Shown in pieces: positions 54,601 through 64,000 of a stretch of DNA of 64,000 nucleotides. The number at the start of each line of letters is the position of its first letter. Position 1 is the first letter of the stretch. The notes under the pieces were generated by a model. The model was not told the origin of the DNA. It searched no databases and saw only the letters and a list, made by a program, of their open reading frames with translations. Location: positions 76,632,001 to 76,696,000 of the forward strand of contig NC_135894.1 in the NCBI RefSeq assembly GCF_964194155.1, read 5' to 3'. The stretch is from Cetorhinus maximus. Its lineage: Eukaryota. Both the position numbers and the translations under genes were made by a program.

Positions 54601-57600
54601 CAAAGCGAACACCTTAGCCTGAATCAAGGCTTTCTAAACGTCTGTAGCTCTATACAAGAGAGTGAGAGGAGAAGCAGCTCCAACTAAGGAGGTTGTTGAT
54701 TTGTTGTTTGGAAAAATAGGACAGATACGTATGGACAGAATATAAACTGGGGAAACCGAAGTCATAGTCAACAGCAGCCTATTGGTTTCTGAGAATTATT
54801 CCACAGAAGGAATCTTGCAATAGCTGACAATATAAATTCTGGAACAAAAACAAAAATACCTGGAAAAACTCAGCAGGTCTGACAGCATCTGCGGAGTGGA
54901 ATATAGTTGATGTTTTGAATCCGAATGACCCTTCATCAGAACTAAAAAAATATAGAAATGAGATGAAATATAAGCTGGTGGAGGTGGGTGGAACAGGTAG
55001 AGCTCGATAGGGGGCCAGTGATAGGTGGAGGCCAAGAAGAGACTGCCAAAGATGTCATAGACAAAAGGACAAAGGGGTGTTGATGGTGGTGATATTATCT
55101 AAAGGATGTGCTAATGGGGACATTAAGGGTAGCAAGCAGGACAAGCTAGTGGCAGATGGCCCTAATGGGGGTGGGGTGGGGGGAAGGGATCGAAATGGGC
55201 TAAAAGGTGGAGATGAAACAATAGATCAAAATAAATTTAAAAATAGGTGGGAAAAGAAAAATATATTTGTAAAAAAATGATAAATTATTGGGAAAAGGGG
55301 GATCGGAAAGGGGGTGGGGATGGAGGAAAGAGTTCATGTTCTGAAATTGTTGAACTCAATATTAATATATAAATTCTGGCTTCAGCCAGATCCAGTTGAA
55401 AGATATTACATGTGTCCCCCGTTTAAAACCCATTCTAATAGTGTGATTTCGTTTTAGCGCTGTTGTTATATCAGGGACGTTCCTTAATAGTGTTGCCACC
55501 ATGTTTATTTGAAGGCAGTGACTGTTTTTTTAAATAAGCTGCTGCCCTGACCTTGCCATTTTCATCAACCCTCCCACTCCCAGTTTCTCTTGTTCTTTCC
55601 GCCCACCTCCTGAGCCCTGGCTCACAGCGTGTGTTTGGGAGAGAGAGCAACAGAGGGGAGAGGGAGGGGAAGAGGCAGGGAGAGGGAGGGGAAGAGGCAG
55701 GGAGGGAAAGAGGGAAGAGGCAGGGAGGGGAAGAGGGAAGAGGCAGGGAGGGGAAGAGGGAAGAGGCAGGGAGGGGAGAGGGAAGAGGAAGAGGCAGGGA
55801 GGGGAAGAGGGAAGAGGCAGGGAGCGGAGAGGGAAGAGGAAGAGGCAGGGAGCGGAGAGGGAATAGGAGGAGGCAGGGTGGGGAGAGGAAGAGGCAGGGA
55901 GGGGAGAGGGGGGCAGGGAGGGGAAGAGGGAAGAGGCAGGGAGGGGAAGAGGGAAGAGGCAGGGAGGGGAGAGGGAAGAGGGAAGAGACAGGGAGGGGAA
56001 GCGGGAAGAGGCAGGGAGTGGAGAGGGAAGAGGAAGAGGCAGGGAGCGGAGAGGGAATAGGAGGAGGCAGGGTGGGGAGAGGAAGAGGCAGGGAGGGGAG
56101 AGGGGGGCAGGGAGGGGAGAGGGAGAGGCAGGGAGAGGGGAGGGAGAGGAAGGGAGGGGAGAGGGATGAGGGAGAGGCAGGGAGGAGGGAGGGGAGAAGT
56201 CAGAGGCAGGGAGGCGAAAGGAGGAGGCAGGGAGGTGAGAAGAAAGAGGAAGAGGCAGGGAGATGGGGTGGAGAAGCAGGGAAGGGAGATGGCAGAGGCG
56301 GGAGGGGAGAGGGTAGAGGCAGGAAGGGGAGAAGGGAGATAGAGAGGCTGGGAGGGGAGAGGCAGGGAGGGGAGAGGGGAGATGGAGAGGCTAGGAGGAG
56401 GGAGGGGAGAGGGCAGAGGCAGGGAGAGGAAAGGGGAGAGGCAGGGAGGGGAGAGGGAAGAGGAAGAGGCTGGGAGGGGAGAGGGAAGAGGAGGAGGCAG
56501 GGAGGGGAGAGGAAGAGGCAGGGAGGGGAGTGGAGGAGGCAGGGAGAGAAGAGGAAGAGGCAGGGAGGGGAGTGGAGGAGGTAGGGAGGGGAGAGAGAAG
56601 AGAAAGAGGCAAGGAGGGGAGAGGAGAGGGAAGAGGCAGGGAGGGGAGTCGGAAGAGGCAGGGATTTTTTTTAAGAACACATTAGGAGTGCTAAACAAAA
56701 AATAACTGCAGTGTAATCTGAAGCACATCTTGTGAGGCCTGTGGAGAGGCCACAGATTGATATCCCTGATCTCTAAACTGATAATGATTCATATAAATGG
56801 CTAGGGTTAACATCTGGATGGGAAGAAAAATGGATGACCTATTTATTTCAAATACAAAGTTTTTGGTTTATTGATCTATTTTATGTTTTTAACCAAGTGT
56901 CCATTTCAGAAAGCTCTAGTAGCAGCCTTCAGGCTTTACCAGGGCATGACAACTGGTCAACCTTGCCACCTCCACCATATGCCAACATGTTACCAGTGAC
57001 TCATGCAGCTGGAACTGGATCCAATGGCAGGTGAGGCATATAGGTCACAGATCCAGGCTTTTGTGGGTGGATGAAATTTCTATATATTTACTCAAACTTA
57101 AAATTATACTTATTTGTGTTGCTTTATTGTTGAAATTCAATTGATATGATAAAGTAGTTGTTTTGTTGGATTGGTTGGCATATTTTGTTGGTATATTTTT
57201 TTTAATTTAAAAGAATTGAAATACAATTCAGTCAAGGAGAAATCTGTCAACAAGTAACCAACTGAACTGAACATTTGTTATGTGAGATATGGGGTTGTCT
57301 GTTCACTGGCAATGCGGCAGTACTGCATCATACTGCCTGCCTGGCATCTTGGATGAGAGTGTGGAACCGGTGATCATGATCAGCTAACTGTTCAGGAGAC
57401 GCTGGAGAATCTGAAGGCCATGATGGGGAGCTGAGCTCAAAGCCAGGATTTAAAGGGGTGTGGGAAAGCCAATCATGGTTGGTGGGAAAGGGAATGCACT
57501 TTCTGACTGCCCCTCCTCAACACTCCAGCAATAATCTCCAAAAATAATGATTTATCTATATCTGTGCAGCCTGCAGTGATCCCTTTTAACGACCATTTGT

Positions 57601-60600
57601 TATGCTGCACCATACTTAGTACTGTTGGTGGAGCACAGTCAGCCCAACGGTACCTCCAAATTGCAACTAGTAGAGGAGCCTGATTTGTATATTAAAAGTA
57701 GAGTCAGACCTGAAACGGTTGGATTGCTGGGCTGCCCTGAAGTGGTTAGGTAGCAAAATGAGGTGTTAAGTACTGTGTCCCAATTTTTTAATATGTTACC
57801 ACCCTGTTCCTGCTGAGTAAAATCAGAGTCCTAGTCTCCCATTTAATGAAAGTTGAGTGATGTTTAAAAATTAGATGACACAATTTTGACTTGGTTTAGA
57901 TGCCAGTTCCTGCACCATTAGGAGAAATGCGACCTCAGTTTAAAAACTCTAGAGTCTGATTTTAAATTTTGTTTTTAAATCCTTCCTAATAATATGCCAC
58001 CAACTCCTGTATGGCATATTAACCCTGATTTTGTGGTAAGCGATGAACAAACAGCACTCTTGGTTCATTACACTTACGCTTGCCCACAGACTTATTATGG
58101 GATTTTGCAATGGAACCTACTGTTGTTAGAAATCCAAAACTACACAGTACCCTCAACCAGGGACCGGGCACCTGTGTGAACAGTGAAAGCAGTGGAATAT
58201 TTCCTTAACCAATCAGATTTAAGAATTGTTACTGGAGAACACAGAGTCTGAACCAGGAAGTGTAAGTTAGATTACTTGATTCAATGTATGTAGAAAATGG
58301 AATAGAGACGAAAAAAGATGGCATTAAGAGAGAGAAAGATCAGTGACAAATGAAAAGATTTTTTAAAATTAGCTTTCTTAAAATCACCGACAATAATTAA
58401 AATCTGAAGGAATGAGACTCCACACTTTAAAAGTTATTTTTTCAAAAGGTTGATTTTCAGAAAAGTTACTTCCACTTGAATAGACCAAGTCCAACATTAT
58501 TTAACATGTTTAGTGGCTAAGTACAGTAACTTCATTCTATTCCATGTATTTGAATGCCCAGTCTCCCTGTAAAATACTGGAGGAGCAGAGCAACTTGTAC
58601 AGCAACTTCCTGATTTTGATGTTTATTTGTCAATGTGTGGACACTGGAATTTGCTGTCTGATTTATTCTTTTAATAACAGTGAATGTGGATAGCCTCAAC
58701 ATTATTTTACTGAAAAATCCAGACCATAATAACTTAACAATTCATTCCGTGAAATAAATCATTTAGGTATTTAAAATCAGCTGAAATATTCACTGAAAAC
58801 AGCATTGCCAATATTCACAATAAAATGATTATGATTGTTGTTGCATGCATACAACTCACCAGAACAGAGATAGAGGAAGATTTTCCATACTCTCTCTTCC
58901 AGCTTCTGTTTTAATCTGCATAATTCACACTTGGCCATTGTGTTTGCAACACTGAAGTTAAATTGTGATAAATAATTTAGTAAAGGAATTCTTATAAAAT
59001 GACAGAATTGCTGGATTTCTATGATTATTGCAACTATTAACAAGTTAATAAGATGACCATAAGACGTAGGAGCAGAAATAGGCCATTCGGCCCATTGAGT
59101 CTGCTCCGCCATTCAATGAGATCATGGCTGATCTGATAATCCTCAACTCCACTTTCCTGCCTTTCCCCATAACCTTTCATTCCCTTACTGATTAAAAATC
59201 TGTCTATCTCAGCCTTGAATATACTTAACGACCCAGCCTCTACAGCCCTCTGTGGTAAAGAATTCCACAGATTCACTACCCTCTAAAAGAAGAAATTCCT
59301 CCTCATCTCTTAAATGGGCGACCCCTTACTCTGAGATTATGCCCTCTGGTCCTGGACTCTCCTGGACAAGGGGAAACAACCTCTCAACATCTACCCTGTC
59401 CACCTCCTAAGAACCTTAAATGTTTCAATAAGGTCGCCTCCCATTCTTCTAAACTCCAATGAGTACAGGCCCAACTACTCAGCCTCTCCTCATAAGAAAA
59501 TCCCTCCATAACTGGGATCAACCTAGTGAACCTTTTCCGGACTGCCTCCAATGCCAGTATGTCTTTCCTAACATAAGGGGACCAAACTGTTCACAGTATT
59601 CTAGGTGTGATCTAACTAATGCCTTGTATAGTTTTAGCAAAACTTCCCTATTTTTATACTCCATTCCCTTCTAAATAAAGGCCAACATTCCATTTGCCTT
59701 CCCTATTACCTGTTGAACTTAGCTTTTTGGAATTCATGCACGAGAACTCCCAAATCCCTCTGTGCTGTAGCTTTCTGCAGTCTTTCTCTATATAAATAAT
59801 ATTTCAGCTCCTCTATTCTTCCTGCCAAAATGCATAACCTCACATTTTCCCACATTATATTCCATCTGCCAAGTTTTTGCCCACTCATTTAACCTGTCTA
59901 CATCCCTCTGTAGACTCTTCATGTCACCCTCACCACTTGCCTTCCCACCTATTTTTGTGTCATTTGCAAACTTGGCAATAGTACACTCACTTCCCTCATC
60001 TAAGTCATTAATATATGTTGGAAATAATTGTGGCTCCAGCACTGATCCCTGTGGCACTCCGCTAGTTACAGGTTTCTATCCTGAAAATGCCTCCCTTATC
60101 CCAACTCTCTGTCTTCTATTAGTTAGCCAATCCTCTATACTACCCCCAGCACCATGGGCTCTTATCTTATTAAGTAACCTTTTCGAACGCTTTTTAGAAA
60201 TCCAAATATATTACATCTACTGGTTCCCCTTTATCTATCCTGCTTGCTACTTCCTCAAATAATTCTAATAAATGAAGCCATGCTGATTCTGCTTAAATAT
60301 ATTATGCATTTCTAAATGCTCTGCTATTACATCCTTTATAATAGACTCTAACATTTTCCCAATGATGGATGTTAAACTAACTGGCCTATAGTTACCTGTT
60401 TTTTGTCTCCCTCCCTTTTTGGATAAAAGTGTTATATTGGCAGTTTCCCAATCTTCTGGGACTTTTCCAGAATCTAAGGATTCTTAGAAGATTACTACCA
60501 GTGCATCCACTATTTGTGCTACTTCCGTTAATAACCTAGTATGCAACTGTCAGTTCCAGGGGACTTATCAGCCTTTATCCCTATTTGTTTCCCCAGAACT

Positions 60601-62036
60601 TTTTCTCTAGTGATAGTTATTGTATTAATTTCCTCCACCCCCCCCCTTCCCCCCCCTCCAATTTTGCGCCTTGATTATTTAATATTTTTGGAATGCTAAT
60701 AGTGTCTTCTACTGTGAAGACAGATGCAATACATTTATTCAACTCCACTGTCATTTCCTGGTTCCCCATTATTATTTCCCCAGCCTCTTTCTCTAAGGGG
60801 CCTATGTTCACTTTGGCCTCTTCCTTTTTTATATATTTAAGGAAGCTCTTACTATCCATTTTTATATCACTTGCTAGTTTACCCTCAAAGTTTATTTTCT
60901 CCCTCTTTATTTTTTTTTTTGGTCATTTTTTTGTTGGTTTTTAAAACTTTCCCAATCCTCTTGCTTACCACTAATCTTTGCCACATTGTACGGTTTTTCT
61001 TTCAATTTGATACTATCCTTAACTTCCTTGATTAACTATGGTTGGTTTATCCCCTTCCTTGAATCTTTCTTTCTCACTGGGATATGTCTTTGTTGTGAGT
61101 CATGAACTATTTTCTTAAAAGTCTGCCATTGTTCATCAATCGTCTTTTCTGCTAAACTCCTTTCCCAGTCCACTCCAGCCAACTCTGCCCTCATTCCTTT
61201 GTAATTTATCCCTGACTCCTCAATTTTCTCTTTCCTCCTCCTGAATATGCTGGGCATATGCTTTCTGCTGAGTCATTTCCTTCAGTAATTAGTGCCCTTT
61301 GGAAAATTTTTTGAAGGTGATTGCTGCTTGCAGACAGCTAAAGTTAAGGACTGCTTGACATAGGAATTCAAGCATTTGTTAATTGGACAATAAACTAATA
61401 ACAAGATTCAGATCTTCTGCTTGAACTTCATTACTGGGTGCATTTCTCTACCTCACTGGACAGCTGACAGTGTGCCACTGCTGCTGAAATGAACATATCT
61501 GAATCTGCTTTATAATTATCCCAAACTTTATCTTGGTGACTATATATTTGTTTATAATCATTGTTTCCTGCAGTATAAGAGTGACTACACATCAAAAGTA
61601 CTTCATTGGCTGTAAAGCGCTTTGGGACATCCTGCGCTCATGAAAGATGCTATAATAATGCAATTCTTTCTCTTCTTTAATCAATATAAAATAGCCTTGG
61701 AAATGGTAAAAGAACCTGATAAGGTCACAATTTCTAAATGAGATATGGCACAATCTCTTCAGACTTGTTTTGCAATGAACATTTATTTATATTTTTAATT
61801 TTAGCCACTATACATGCCACTGGACAGTTGGTAGTGGTTCTGTTCCCCCAACCAACCCACTGAGCTCAGCTGCTGGAAATCCTCAAAGCCCATTTATTCG
61901 AGGAAGCCTCAGTTTGCCGACAACCCCTTCATCCTTGGCTACTGTGACGAGTTCAAGTGAACCAGCCATGAGTGAATCTCCACTAGCTAGACTTGCTGTA
62001 TCTTCATGGAGTTCAGCTTCATCCTCATCATTCTAA
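30433..62036 (+). CDS. TBX19: T-box transcription factor TBX19 (Tpit), spliced: join(30433..30617,38152..38416,41683..41817,43054..43115,50943..51004,52925..53110,56898..57030,61805..62036), 419 aa
   Basis: Eight exons with GT-AG boundaries and matching phases sum to 1260 nt, ATG to TAA. Brachyury-type T-box with TBX19-like residues ([42 protein letters not shown]). The C-terminal exons ([37 protein letters not shown]) recall human TBX19. Confidence 0.92.
33710..34330. mobile_element. L2-like LINE fragments in both orientations
   Basis: NLGAIFDP-like (+) and [18 protein letters not shown] (-) motifs. Confidence 0.7.
34543..34896 (-). mobile_element. Penelope 3'-end fragment
   Basis: Similar to 16847-17100; 9-bp TSD CTGACTAAA at 34534 and 34897. 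Confidence 0.75.
35847..36380. mobile_element. Harbinger-type MITE
   Basis: TIR TGTGATTTTCA vs GGTGATTTTCA, 3-bp TSD CAG. Confidence 0.55.
38152..38416 (+). CDS. TBX19: TBX19 exon 2
   Basis: Long pyrimidine tract then TTCAG acceptor; [25 protein letters not shown]...[11 protein letters not shown]; donor CAG|GTACGG. Confidence 0.96.
39690..40726 (+). mobile_element. CR1 LINE 3' fragment in TBX19 intron 2
   Basis: [28 protein letters not shown]; ATTCTATG-repeat tail. Confidence 0.9.
41061..41370 (+). mobile_element. LINE RT C-terminal fragment
   Basis: [31 protein letters not shown]. Confidence 0.75.
41683..41817 (+). CDS. TBX19: TBX19 exon 3
   Basis: TTTTACAG acceptor; [45 protein letters not shown]; donor GAG|GTCAGT. 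Confidence 0.96.
43054..43115 (+). CDS. TBX19: TBX19 exon 4 (end of T-box)
   Basis: T-run then AAAG acceptor; [21 protein letters not shown]; donor AG|GTTGGT. Confidence 0.95.
45020..45435 (-). mobile_element. CR1 3' fragment
   Basis: Reverse CR1 3'UTR similar to 18090-18300. Confidence 0.7.
45992..46692. mobile_element. Harbinger-type MITE
   Basis: TIR TGGGGGAATTTTATG vs GGGTAGTATTTTATG (11/15), TSD TAT, GC-rich interior. Confidence 0.55.
47968..49409. mobile_element. Non-autonomous Harbinger-type element
   Basis: TIR GGCCTGGATTTTCAT vs GGGCCGGATTTTCAT (13/15), resembling the 12820 terminus; flanks GGT/GAT. Confidence 0.65.
49780..50523 (-). mobile_element. Solo LTR in TBX19 intron 4
   Basis: TGT...ACA termini with perfect 5-bp TSD CTCCT (49775-49779 and 50524-50528); AATAAA on the minus strand at ~49885. 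Confidence 0.72.
50943..51004 (+). CDS. TBX19: TBX19 exon 5
   Basis: TACAG acceptor; [20 protein letters not shown]; donor A|GTAAGT; phases 2/1 fit the neighbouring exons. Confidence 0.88.
51703..51900 (+). mobile_element. tRNA-derived SINE
   Basis: GGGGGCCAGTTAGCTCAGTTG A-box start, degenerate B box. Confidence 0.6.
52925..53110 (+). CDS. TBX19: TBX19 exon 6
   Basis: CTCCTCAG acceptor; [61 protein letters not shown]; donor AG|GTATGC. Confidence 0.92.
54843..55366 (-). mobile_element. Penelope 3' fragment
   Basis: Includes the NIEFNNF end of the GIY-YIG ORF and the pseudo-LTR; 13-bp TSD ATATAAATTCTGG at 54830 and 55367. Confidence 0.85.
54904..54944 (-). ncRNA. Minimal hammerhead ribozyme motif (decayed) in a Penelope end; related copies at 16306-16339(-), 16914-16952(-), 18048-18074 plus 22231-22242(+), 34601-34630(-)
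   Basis: TAGTT-CTGATGA-A-GGGTC-ATTCG-GATTC-AAAA-CATC-AACTA: stem I, CUGANGA box, stem II, and a GAAAC/GUC core bearing two CpG-type G>A changes. Confidence 0.65.
55640..56664 (+). repeat. Purine-rich GA minisatellite (unit approx. GAGGCAGGGAGGGGAGAGGGAA)
   Basis: About 1 kb of near-pure G/A on the + strand with a recurring GAGGCAGGGAG core. Confidence 0.95.
56898..57030 (+). CDS. TBX19: TBX19 exon 7 (alternative in-frame start at 56910)
   Basis: [44 protein letters not shown]; donor CAG|GTGAGG. Confidence 0.85.
59055..61210 (-). mobile_element. CR1 LINE, 5'-truncated and degenerate ORF2, in TBX19 intron 7
   Basis: [45 protein letters not shown]; paralogous to 18075-20270. Confidence 0.92.
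61805..62036 (+). CDS. TBX19: TBX19 exon 8 (terminal coding exon)
   Basis: TTTTAG acceptor; [15 protein letters not shown]...SPFIRGSL...[19 protein letters not shown] then TAA at 62034-62036. Confidence 0.88.
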
Positions 62037-62374
62037 TGGTGCGATGTACATCCCATTTGATTGGTGTAACCATCTATTTCAGGAACATTGGGAACTAAAA
62101 CATTTTCTACTGTTGCATACATTTATATAGTTTTACTTTCAAGTGTTTCTGCTGTAGATTACAGTGGAGAATAGTTTCTAAGAGAATGAATGGTGCTCTG
62201 GGTTAGAAGATATGTAGAATTGACTGAAAATCTCTGTTAGCTGCTCTGAATCCTAAACAAGTACATTGGATACTCAATTCAGCTTCCACTGAATCTAAGA
62301 TTAAAACATGAAATTAAATGTAATTTGATAGTGATCTTAAAATCTAACTCAGCAAAGCTATAATGATCACCTGA

Positions 62375-62850
62375 CTGGTCCAATGCACTCCTAGATGGCC
62401 TCCCATACTCCAACCTACCTAAATTTGAGGTCATCCAAAACTCTGCCTGTGTTGTAACTCTTACCAAGGCGCATTAACCCATCAGCCTTGGGCTCCCGTT
62501 TAAGAAATGCCTCAATTTTATAATTCTTATCCTTGTTTTCAAATCCTTCCAAGACCTCTACGCTCCCCAACTCTGTAATCTCCTTCAGTTCCCCCAACCC
62601 TCTGAGATATCTGCATTCCTCCAAATCTGACCTCTTGAGCATCTCCCATTTTAATCGCTCCAATGTGGAGCTGTGCCTTCAGCTGCCAAGGGACTAAGCT
62701 CTGGAATTTCCTCCCTAAACTTCTCTGCCTCTCTTTCCTCCTTTCAGACACTCCTTAAAACCTACCTCTTTGATGTATGTCACTCGATGTCAAATTTTGC
62801 TCAATGCTGCTTGAAGGGGTGATTTATAAACACAAGTTATTGTTGTTGAC
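62375..62850 (+). mobile_element. L2-like LINE 3' fragment in the putative TBX19 3'UTR
   Basis: SNALLDGLP..L.KFEVIQNSA, FIILILVFKS, LWNFLP; similar to the reverse complement of 33980-34320. Confidence 0.75.
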
Positions 62851-62954
62851 GTGGAGAGTGAAATTAATGTAGTATGGTTGCTGTCAAATCGGCTTTGCAT
62901 TGCATCCAACATGCAAATACCCAATTTGGGAGTGCGTAATATTTAAAAACTGCA

Positions 62955-63745
62955 AATAAAAAGAAAGATCAACTTCCTCCTCAGCCCATAATATATTATA
63001 GCAGATACTGATCTGGAGTTTCCACTAGGTTGTGTTGTTTTCTTTCACCACAATGCGCCTAAATAAGCCTAACCAACATGAATGGTCGAGCTTAGATTAT
63101 GTGCAAATAGAGTTTCTGCAATCTTATGTAATGGAAGCAGTCCTTGCTCATAAAACTGGTGACCAACCCCGCCCCCTGCCCCCCCCATATCGCGTTAATC
63201 ACCATGTATATTTCTGCTAATTGTGCTCATTTGTCGGTCTTATTGAAGCTCTTAAAACTGAAGCTTTATTTGTGCTTTGCACTTTTTATTCTTTAGCAAG
63301 GATGCTAATCAGCATAGTATCGTAGAATTATTACAGCACTGATGGAAGCCATTTGACTGATTACGTCTGTGCCAGCTCACTGCAAGAGCAGTTCACCTAG
63401 TGTCACTCTCCCGCCTGCAAATCTTTCTCTTCAGATAATGATCCAATTCACTTTTGGAAGCCACGATTGAATCTGCCTCCACAACTGTTATCTTTTAAAA
63501 GCTTTTAAATATTTAACTTACTAAAACTTCTGTACACAAATGAAATTAGTAAGTGGTTCAGTATAGTTTTCTTTGTAGATAACTGAAAATGGCTTTAATC
63601 AGGTTTCTCAAGGCTGGTGGACTTGGCCCTCTGATTAAAATGCTTAATTATTTGTTATAGACCACTTTCACCCCAATGAATAAAACTGGACCAGATTACT
63701 ACACTCTATATCAAGAAATATTTTTTTCACAAGGAAACAAATAAA
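62955..63745 (+). terminator. Candidate polyadenylation signals of TBX19
   Basis: AATAAA at 62955, 63679 and 63740 downstream of the stop; which one is used cannot be determined from sequence. Confidence 0.35.
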
Positions 63746-64000
63746 ACATTATGCTCTAAAATGCAGCCCTATTGCACTGGTTCATGGATGATTTTATGAT
63801 TGATATGTAAATGAATTTGACCAGAAGCATGAACAAAAAAAATCAATTCAGAAAACTGGTGCAGTTTGCACCCAAAGCAGAAATTCAATCCAACTATATG
63901 AAAGAATACACACAAATTTTTAAGATGTGTGCTTCAAAAGTACCATGACAATATTTAATCTATTGAGCCCTTCAATATTGGAAAGACCTTATTACCTTGT

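Noticed and set aside
55553-56728. Long ORFs of 343 aa (G/R/E-rich) and 368 aa (P/L/S-rich)
   Set aside because: Artefacts of the stop-free purine-rich repeat in intron 6.
30433-62036. Calling the gene TBXT/brachyury
   Set aside because: Diagnostic residues (EKQL, KISV, DSHR, APIS, PQVH) and the C-terminal exons fit TBX19 better.
1-64000. CRISPR array, rRNA or prokaryotic defence system
   Set aside because: No repeat-spacer structure, operons or rRNA-like sequence; the DNA is intron-containing vertebrate sequence.

Overview
Eukaryotic vertebrate genomic DNA, most likely a cartilaginous fish (inferred from the CR1/L2/RTE/Penelope/Harbinger repeat complement). The only host protein-coding gene I can support is a complete 8-exon Brachyury-subfamily T-box gene on the + strand (CDS 30433-62036, 1260 nt, 419 aa). 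Its residues identify it as TBX19/Tpit rather than TBXT. It is preceded by an AT-rich but CpG-retaining promoter region. The rest is transposon-derived: a complete Harbinger element (TIRs, CAA TSD, transposase plus spliced Myb/SANT gene) carrying a Gypsy+CR1 insert, the end of a second Harbinger, a near-intact full-length CR1 nested in an inverted-repeat Penelope element, three solo LTRs, Harbinger-type MITEs, SINEs and a 1-kb purine-rich repeat. The most notable extra signals are: minimal hammerhead-ribozyme motifs in every Penelope end, with the CR1 inserted inside one catalytic core; a possible LINE-mobilised LTR cargo; unusual TBX19 splice-site configurations; and candidate antisense mini-exons. 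I found no clearly novel multi-gene system. All alignments were done by eye.
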